64,000 nucleotides of DNA. Source: an uncultured Myxococcales bacterium (GTDB lineage Bacteria > Myxococcota_A > Bradymonadia > UBA7976 > VGTA01). Location of the stretch: assembly GCA_937146725.1 (NCBI GenBank), contig CAKZRU010000060.1:144498-208497 (forward strand), in the 5' to 3' direction. The position numbers and the translations under genes were made by a program. The notes under the pieces were generated by a model that did not search any database, was not told where the DNA came from, and was given only the letters and a program-made list of their open reading frames with translations. This document shows, piece by piece, positions 57,623 through 64,000 of the stretch; within the stretch, counting starts at the first letter, position 1; the number at the start of each line of letters is the position of its first letter.

Positions 57623-59800
57623 TTAAGGCGCTTCCTCATAATAACGATCAATTTTGGTGACCAAGCCATCAGGCCAAGAGATAGAAGCAACCTCCCAGAA
57701 GTGTTTACGACCGTTCATAAGTTTAAAGCCTGGATCTCCATCATCGGTGTAATCCCAAGTGGGAACACCATTGATGAATACACGCACAAAGGCTTTCATG
57801 GCACCAAATTCCCATCCATCAATACGGTCTACATTTTCGTAATAGTCCACTCCAATCACATACTCACCACCTAAAACACTTGTGTCTTCGGGTACGGCTA
57901 GGGTCAAGTTCTCAGGCCCTGTTCCGCTAAAATCATCTAGGTCTAGGAATGGGTTATCACGCGGATTATCTAATTGTCCCCAATCTGGGTCTGGGTTGTT
58001 GAAGTAACAGTCATATGGTTGTGAGAACCAAGCGCTAGCATTTGGGTGACGCATATGAATATCAAGGTCACCAGAACGCTCTTGACCAAGATCTTGCTCG
58101 TCCACAGCTTCCCAAGAAAGCTGTACTTGAATCGCTTCATCTGGCTCAGCAAGTATGGTCACTACTGCCGGATTACGACAGTCCAAAGAGGTTAAACCAA
58201 ATTGGTCGGTGACGCGAAGTTCGGCAGTGTAATAACCGGGCAAGTCAATAAAGAATAATGCGGTTGGAGAGCTTTCATCGTCAGGACGACCACCATCAGC
58301 AGGTTGCTGCGGGTTGTCAAAGCGTTCTACAAGTTGTGAAACTGAGCCTTGTGGACGAGAAGTGATCACCCACTCATAAGAAACCGGTAAATTGTTTGGT
58401 CCATCTTGATCGACAGAAGGAGAGCCGTCCAAAACGATGGTGTCCAATGGTAACACGTAAAACTCATCTTGAGCTGCTCGGGCTTGGGGACAAATATTTG
58501 CTGTACCTCGTCCCAAAATACTAACTCTTCTTTCCGGAACGACCGGATCATCGCTGATGATCACTAAAGTAGCATTGTAGATTTTTTCTTCGCGCGGGGT
58601 AAATGATAAAGTGATATCTTCACTTGGTCTTAATCCTTGAGAGCTTGCAGCAGGCATGAGCAAAGGTAAGGCTAATTCGCCCTCTAATGCAAAAACACCT
58701 TCGGCATCATCGGTAATGTAGACCTCACTGATGTTAAGTTCAGCGCCACCACAACTTTCGAGTAGGGCCACTTGTGAGTCAGTTCTTGAAACAAGAGAAG
58801 CAGGGAACTCAATGGCTTCTGGAATCACCTCTAAACATGGGTTACGAGAGTTGGCTGTCAAAGGTACAGTATAGGTCTCTTGCCCTTCAGCATTACTGAC
58901 AATCACCATTTCTGCAAAGTCTGGACCAGCCGATTCCGGTAAATAACGAATCTGCATATTTAAGGTGCCACCGCCTTCACCTTCAACATAAGGAGAAATC
59001 CCCGGAATACCATCTTGGTCCGGATCCTCTAAAAGCTCTGGCTGGCGACGGGGGTCACGGCCATCAATAAATGGAGTGAAGTCTTGAGAACCATCAATTC
59101 TCAGTTGATCAATAAATAGAACAGATTGACCGACATTCAATACTCTAAGATCTACAATTCGCTCTTGATTTGCAGGAACAACATCAAAATCTACCGAAGT
59201 TGGATCAACGGCAATTTGAGCAGCACCAGCACTTACACGAACCGGAATATCAATTCTTGCTTTACTAGAATCATTTGGATCAAAAACGTTTGTATCAAAA
59301 TAAATAGCGGCAGAGTCAGCAGCTTCATCTTGTGGAGCATAGGTGACTTTTATCCCAAGCAATTCATTGGGGGCAATTCTAATCGGATAGGTTAGATCAG
59401 CAGTTGAACCTTCTGTGCCTTCAGCAAAAGAGACTTCTTCAAAAGTTTCGCTTTCTGGAAAACGATACTCAATCTTGAACTCACCACTTTGACTTACGTT
59501 AGTCTGAATGATTGATCGAGCAATGATCAAGTCAACACCACCAATATTTTCGATTTCGACTTCTTTGGTGATTTCACGACCTACAACAAGAATAGGAAAG
59601 GTGATTTCTTGGCTGGGGCGAACAATATATTGCGGAGACTCACGTGTTGTCACTCCTGTATTATCGCATCCTGTCAAAATAGATAAAAGTAGGTACAAGG
59701 CCAACAAAGAGACAGTCTGCACCGAATATGCTAATTCAAATCTCGGCTTTATATGTCGAAGAGGCATATGTGATTTCTCCCCAAATAACTTAAGAGTCAT
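57623..59800 (-). CDS. lipoprotein, choice-of-anchor-D repeats + PKD-like domain + conserved C-terminal domain (paralog B of tandem pair)
   Basis: Lipobox LLSILTGCDNTG. Domain order is colinear with the 55517..57562 product (PLDTIVLDGSPSVDQDG...YEWV; NPFLDLDDFSGTGPENLTL ... WEVASISW). Probable true start is MPLRHIK (~59767). Confidence 0.65.
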   Translation of the reverse strand: MTLKLFGEKSHMPLRHIKPRFELAYSVQTVSLLALYLLLSILTGCDNTGVTTRESPQYIVRPSQEITFPILVVGREITKEVEIENIGGVDLIIARSIIQTNVSQSGEFKIEYRFPESETFEEVSFAEGTEGSTADLTYPIRIAPNELLGIKVTYAPQDEAADSAAIYFDTNVFDPNDSSKARIDIPVRVSAGAAQIAVDPTSVDFDVVPANQERIVDLRVLNVGQSVLFIDQLRIDGSQDFTPFIDGRDPRRQPELLEDPDQDGIPGISPYVEGEGGGTLNMQIRYLPESAGPDFAEMVIVSNAEGQETYTVPLTANSRNPCLEVIPEAIEFPASLVSRTDSQVALLESCGGAELNISEVYITDDAEGVFALEGELALPLLMPAASSQGLRPSEDITLSFTPREEKIYNATLVIISDDPVVPERRVSILGRGTANICPQARAAQDEFYVLPLDTIVLDGSPSVDQDGPNNLPVSYEWVITSRPQGSVSQLVERFDNPQQPADGGRPDDESSPTALFFIDLPGYYTAELRVTDQFGLTSLDCRNPAVVTILAEPDEAIQVQLSWEAVDEQDLGQERSGDLDIHMRHPNASAWFSQPYDCYFNNPDPDWGQLDNPRDNPFLDLDDFSGTGPENLTLAVPEDTSVLGGEYVIGVDYYENVDRIDGWEFGAMKAFVRVFINGVPTWDYTDDGDPGFKLMNGRKHFWEVASISWPDGLVTKIDRYYEEAP

Positions 59801-60189
59801 TCATCTTCACTTAGGATTGTTAGGTTCATTAAATATATTAAGCTTATATTGAGTCCTAAAGAAACCCAATAGTCAACAACTTGATGATGTTTCAAGGCTC
59901 GTAGCTAAGAGCTTTGGATTGACCCTTGTTTTAACATGAAACCATAATTTTTAAAGAGCCAATTATTGTGTGTACACTGAAATGGGTCTTGGTTTCCATG
60001 ACTTCCTGTCAAATGATAGATCTAAACCAAGATGAAAAATTAGCATTTGAGTTCTACCTAGGCTTGTGAACTGATCATTTGACTTAAAAATGAGCTTGGC
60101 TTTACATGGGTGCAAATTTTTTCACTGATATGAGTTTATTTCGATAAGTATCTAATAAGTATAGCTAAATCGCAAGTTGATCTCTTTGG

Positions 60190-60239
60190 CTTAAGTCTTA
60201 GTAAGAGCGAATCAAAAAATATGGTTCATCTAAGACTTA
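60190..60239. promoter_or_regulatory. 10-12-bp inverted repeat with 28-bp spacer in the 466-bp divergent intergenic region
   Basis: taagtcttag (60192-60201) and ctaagactta (60230-60239) are exact reverse complements, about 100 bp upstream of the vWA-lipoprotein start. Confidence 0.35.
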
Positions 60240-60266
60240 GCTTAATGTCTACTAGACTTCCTCAAA

Positions 60267-61637
60267 ATGCCTTGCACTATATTATGTAGCTTACTTGAGG
60301 CCTCACTCATAAAACGAGTTCATTTAGGAGATCAATATATGATACGTCGTTATATCTCACTTGGAGTTGCCCTCACTGCGTCGATAAATGTTGCCGCTTG
60401 TGACAGTACAGTGTGGTTAGATGATACTCTTCCCTCACTCACCGCTGTTTACGCATCAGGCGCATGCAAAACTTCCAATAGCGAAATTGATATTTCAGTT
60501 GTCTTAGTCAATCAAGGTGATTCAACTTCATCGAATATATTACCGACGACTCGAGTGGCCAAAGAAGGCGCCACGCCAGTTGAGGAGTTAATTGATAGTG
60601 GCTCGTTTATTTTTAATCCTCCTCCCATTATGGAAGCTAAAGTTCAGCAGCAGCTTCTCGATGATGGAGATGCCTATGGTGAAAGTGAAACCGGTTTAAT
60701 GACCGGAGATCCAAGCACTGTTCAGTTAGCGCCAAAGAATGTTTCCTTTGAGTGGGCTTCTTCTGATCCAAGTGCAGGCCGTATCCCTTTATTTATTCTA
60801 CTTATGGATCAATCTCACTCGGTTTTAGGCCTAAGCCGTTCTGAGCAACGCTTCGGTAGTGATATTGGTCATCAAAGAATTACCTTTTTTAAATCACTCA
60901 TTAATAACCTAAGTGATGATTTTGAAGTTGCCATGCTTACCTTCTCGGGCTTCACAACCGATTATGGTAGCGACAGTAGCGTGGTCAATAAGCCTACTCG
61001 AAACCGTGAGTTAGTAGCTAATGCTTTAGAAGAACTTAAGTTTAGTAATAAGTATCAAGCTCGTACACCACTCAGTCAAGCACTCAATGATGCAAAGAAG
61101 CTTATCGAAGAGCAACCAGCCGATACTTATGATCCCGTGATTGTGGTATTCACCGATGGAGTTGAAGATGGCGACAATACGATGAGTGGAAGTAATATCG
61201 AAGAACTTGCTAGTTTCTTTGTCCAACGTCATGTACCTGTACATACTGTGCAATTGAAAGCTAAGCAGGATACAGCACCCGCTTCAGGCGATTTAGATGC
61301 TGAAGCTGAAAGGCCAAAGCCGTTAGAGGCGATGAGTGCTCTTGCCTGTCAAACCGGTGGTGACTTTTATTATATTCGTAATGCCGAAGACTTTACCACA
61401 AATAATGATCTAGGACCCATGCTTCGTAACCGCCTAACCGGTCGTTGGAGCTTAAAAGTCAACACCGATATGTTTGAGGCTGTTCAAGGTGATGCACCAG
61501 GTGTTATGCTGACCACCGAGCTTGAAGCGACTTTGGCTGGTGAAGTTGAGCGCTTTAATGCAGCTCAAACTATTGAGTCAATTACTAGTACAGTTAAAAC
61601 CGATAATCGAATTTGGATTCTTAACCAAGCGCAATAA
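60267..61637 (+). CDS. vWA-domain lipoprotein. Probable true start is the ATG at ~60339 (MIRRYISLGVALTASINVAAC)
   Basis: Lipobox INVAACDST. vWA MIDAS motif (IPLFILLMDQSHSVLG ... VIVVFTDGVEDGD). SD aggagatcaatat precedes the internal ATG. Confidence 0.7.
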   Translation: MPCTILCSLLEASLIKRVHLGDQYMIRRYISLGVALTASINVAACDSTVWLDDTLPSLTAVYASGACKTSNSEIDISVVLVNQGDSTSSNILPTTRVAKEGATPVEELIDSGSFIFNPPPIMEAKVQQQLLDDGDAYGESETGLMTGDPSTVQLAPKNVSFEWASSDPSAGRIPLFILLMDQSHSVLGLSRSEQRFGSDIGHQRITFFKSLINNLSDDFEVAMLTFSGFTTDYGSDSSVVNKPTRNRELVANALEELKFSNKYQARTPLSQALNDAKKLIEEQPADTYDPVIVVFTDGVEDGDNTMSGSNIEELASFFVQRHVPVHTVQLKAKQDTAPASGDLDAEAERPKPLEAMSALACQTGGDFYYIRNAEDFTTNNDLGPMLRNRLTGRWSLKVNTDMFEAVQGDAPGVMLTTELEATLAGEVERFNAAQTIESITSTVKTDNRIWILNQAQ

Positions 61638-61746
61638 TTAGCCTAATGACCTCAAAGTTTACTTTGCTTAGGTTTCTAGGGCACTAAAGTAGACTTGATT
61701 ATATAAGTAACAGCCTTGCTGTTTTTGTTCTTTCACACCTATAACT

Positions 61747-62517
61747 ATGGATAAGACACAGATTATGTCTCAGCACCTTTGCTTTCCTAAAATGATAATC
61801 TCTCGTATGTTGGTCGGATTAATGGCCATCGCATTTTTTGCTCAACCAACCTTGGCTGAAACAACCGAAGAAGTCGATGTTTCAACCACAAGCCCTGAAG
61901 ACCAAATCGAAAAGGATTTGGCTCTTTTTTGGGGTAAGAAACGTGAAGTTAAAGTTGTTCAGCGACGCTTGTTCTCTAAAGATGGCAAACTCGATTTAAC
62001 AGTGGGGGGCGGTATTGTCCCTAATGATGACTTTTTAGTTTATTATCTAGGCACATTCCGACTTGGCTATCACTTTGCAGAGTCCTTTGAAGTTGAGGCA
62101 TCTGGAAACTTTGCCTTTGATCAGAAAAGTGGTCTAGGTGACTTTTTAAGTAACAGTGATATCGGACTTAAAGACGCTCAGATTCGTGAGTTCATCCGCC
62201 AATTCTATACCATTAATGTATTGTGGTCTCCGATCTATGGCAAAGTCAGTTTGCTGGGACAAAAGCTTGCGCACTTTGATATTTTCTTAGGGGCAGGCCT
62301 TGGACTTATGCTGACTGAAGGTTTTGATAGCCCTGAAAACCCTGATATGCAATCTAAGTCAAAGCTTGCAGCTAATCTGGCGCTTGGTTTCCGCTGGCAT
62401 ATCAATCAGCAATTCAGTGTTCGTACAGAATACCGACACTATTTCTTTGAGAAAATTGCCGGAGGCGGACTTTCTACTCCGATTGGACTCAACTTAGGTG
62501 TAACCACCACTTTTTAA
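61747..62517 (+). CDS. small outer-membrane beta-barrel protein (256 aa)
   Basis: Signal peptide (LVGLMAIAFFAQPTLAE). Alternating amphipathic beta-strand pattern. C-terminal aromatic (…GVTTTF) typical of an OMP beta-signal. Confidence 0.6.
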   Translation: MDKTQIMSQHLCFPKMIISRMLVGLMAIAFFAQPTLAETTEEVDVSTTSPEDQIEKDLALFWGKKREVKVVQRRLFSKDGKLDLTVGGGIVPNDDFLVYYLGTFRLGYHFAESFEVEASGNFAFDQKSGLGDFLSNSDIGLKDAQIREFIRQFYTINVLWSPIYGKVSLLGQKLAHFDIFLGAGLGLMLTEGFDSPENPDMQSKSKLAANLALGFRWHINQQFSVRTEYRHYFFEKIAGGGLSTPIGLNLGVTTTF

Positions 62518-62559
62518 GTGCTGGTGAATCATCCAATATAGAGTACCAAGGAGAGATCA

Positions 62560-64000
62560 ATGTATAATAGGTATAAAATCAAAGATAGGGGTGAAAAAGC
62601 AATGAGCTTTAGACCCAGTGGTAAAGTCAAAGCAATGTGGGTTGCTTTACTTGTTTCCTTAACCATGATGACAAGTGTTGCTTGGGGCTTAACTGTCGAT
62701 AATGTAATCGGTATGTACCAAGCTAAAGTACCAGCAAGTGTCATTATTCAAACCCTCAAAAGCGCAGGCGCTAGCTCAAACTTAAGCTTGGCCGATGTTA
62801 AACGCCTTAAAAAGGCCGGTGTGCCTCAAGAGGTAATTGATGCCATGATGCCTTCAAAGGCATCAGCTGCGCCAGCTCCTGAGCCCGAGCCGGAGCCGGA
62901 GGCCGAGACGGGTGACGAAGTATCGGCAGAACAAAGCGAAGAAGAAAAGAAAATCGCTGAAGCTGCAAAAAAAGCTGCCCAAGAAGCCGCTCGTAAAAAA
63001 CGTGAAGAACTTAAAAAAGCACGTATGAAAGAAATTGCTCGTCGCTTGGCCAAGGCAGAAGAGTCACTGGCCGAGAAAGATTACGTACAGTCCCTTAAGG
63101 CATTTGATGAGTTCTTACAATCTGACGACCAAACCCCCGAAGGTACAGCACAAGCTCAATTTGGCTTAGCTGAGTCTCTTTTTGGACTAGGCCTATACGC
63201 CAATGCCATGGTTAATTATGAGGAAATCCTGCAGACTGCACCAGAAGAAAATCCAGTTTTTGAACAGTCTTTCTATCGTTTTAGGCAGTGCTCTCAAATG
63301 GTTTCATATGAAGGCCTTCCCGGTGCATTAACCGATCACTATATTGGTGGTTTTAACCCTGCATTCCAAGATAGTTATCACTATTTCTTAGGTAAATTAT
63401 TTTTTGCCGCAGCCGATCCTGAGCGAGCCAAGCTATATTTAGAAAAGGTAGAAGCTCGAGGCTCTGATTATGCAAGAGCGCAATATGTGCTTGGTCTAAT
63501 CGCGGTTAATGAGGCCGAAGGTGATTTTGGTGGTTTGATCAAGGCTAACCAATATTTCCAACAGGCGATTACCTTGGCTGAGCAAGAGGTTTACCAAGAG
63601 GAACTTAGACGAGTGATCGATTTGTCTTACTTAAGTTTAGCTCGTATCGCTTATACAATCGCCACTGACATTCCAGACAGTTATGATGCGGCTATTTTCT
63701 ACTATCGTAAAGTTCCCGCTGACTCTACAAACTATATTGAAGCTTTGTACGAGTCGGCATGGGCTTACTTCTTAAAAGGTAACTTCCGCCGTGGTATGGG
63801 TATCTTCCATACGCTTGATGGCCCCGACTGGAAAAGCTACTATCTACCAGACACACATCTGCTTGAAGCACAAGTTTTCTTAAACCTTTGCCGAACTCAG
63901 TTTGCGCAAGAAGCGATCAATCGTCTTGAAAAGAAGTACTTGGAGCTTAAGCCCACTTTAAAGCTGTACTTAGAAACCTATGAAGAGTCTATTTTTGAGG
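62560..64000 (+). CDS. TPR-repeat protein, partial (3' end beyond the window), with N-terminal signal/TM and Lys/Glu-rich coiled-coil
   Basis: Not in the ORF track because it runs off the edge. From the ATG at 62560 (SD aaggagag) it translates to MYNRYKIKDRGEKAMSFRPSGKVKAMWVALLVSLTMMTSVAWG..., a KKAAQEAARKKREELKKARMKE coiled-coil, and TPR-like helices (AQAQFGLAESLFGLGLYANAMVNYEEIL...). Confidence 0.65.
   Translation, partial: MYNRYKIKDRGEKAMSFRPSGKVKAMWVALLVSLTMMTSVAWGLTVDNVIGMYQAKVPASVIIQTLKSAGASSNLSLADVKRLKKAGVPQEVIDAMMPSKASAAPAPEPEPEPEAETGDEVSAEQSEEEKKIAEAAKKAAQEAARKKREELKKARMKEIARRLAKAEESLAEKDYVQSLKAFDEFLQSDDQTPEGTAQAQFGLAESLFGLGLYANAMVNYEEILQTAPEENPVFEQSFYRFRQCSQMVSYEGLPGALTDHYIGGFNPAFQDSYHYFLGKLFFAAADPERAKLYLEKVEARGSDYARAQYVLGLIAVNEAEGDFGGLIKANQYFQQAITLAEQEVYQEELRRVIDLSYLSLARIAYTIATDIPDSYDAAIFYYRKVPADSTNYIEALYESAWAYFLKGNFRRGMGIFHTLDGPDWKSYYLPDTHLLEAQVFLNLCRTQFAQEAINRLEKKYLELKPTLKLYLETYEESIFE

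Noticed and set aside
1-64000. Search for CRISPR arrays, tRNA/rRNA genes, integrases, transposases or IS inverted repeats
   Set aside because: No regularly spaced short repeats and no cloverleaf-like or rRNA-like segments. No recombinase-like ORFs. The window appears to be stable chromosomal DNA rather than a mobile island.

Overview
This looks like a chromosomal region from a Gram-negative bacterium of moderate GC. A Myxococcota/Bdellovibrionota-like lineage is suggested, at low confidence, by MYXO-CTERM-like C-terminal sorting tails, an OM beta-barrel + TPR gene pair, a Bacillus-type three-subunit sdhCAB operon, and many Cys-Asp lipoproteins. The window is densely coding, with about 40 genes, and I saw no rRNA, tRNA, CRISPR array, integrase or transposase.

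Recognisable housekeeping genes are two acyl-CoA dehydrogenases, a Hanks-type Ser/Thr kinase, a CbpA-like J-domain protein, moeA, rluB, secA, apbE, an S1-domain (rpsA-like) protein, a nitrilase-superfamily hydrolase, an M3 peptidase (dcp-like) and sdhC-sdhA-sdhB, which is followed by a clean bidirectional intrinsic terminator.

The accessory content is dominated by very large secreted proteins and lipoproteins:
- a 2550-aa adhesin with a C-type-lectin-like domain, a beta-helix, about 20 Big_2 Ig repeats, Ca-binding repeats and a MYXO-CTERM-like tail;
- a 1417-aa ORF that carries an internal sorting-signal-like segment followed directly by a lipoprotein signal, so it may be two proteins in one frame;
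- an apparent seven-gene minus-strand operon (46.4-59.8 kb) encoding two tandem paralogous choice-of-anchor-D/PKD lipoproteins, a 1072-aa vWA lipoprotein, a third choice-of-anchor-D lipoprotein, a small lipoprotein, a WaaL/PglL-like Wzy_C membrane protein and a pseudokinase-FGE membrane protein. I read this as a candidate, undescribed surface-protein assembly or modification system;
- a divergent vWA lipoprotein, OM beta-barrel and TPR protein module at the 3' end of the window.

Other notable items are a cytochrome-P450-fold protein whose haem-thiolate Cys is replaced by Lys, a tandem palindromic operator array upstream of an acyl-CoA dehydrogenase, a transglycosylase whose GT51 domain follows a 500-aa N-terminal extension, and an OmpA/TSP3 protein with a 51-bp tandem-repeat-encoded Lys-rich tail.
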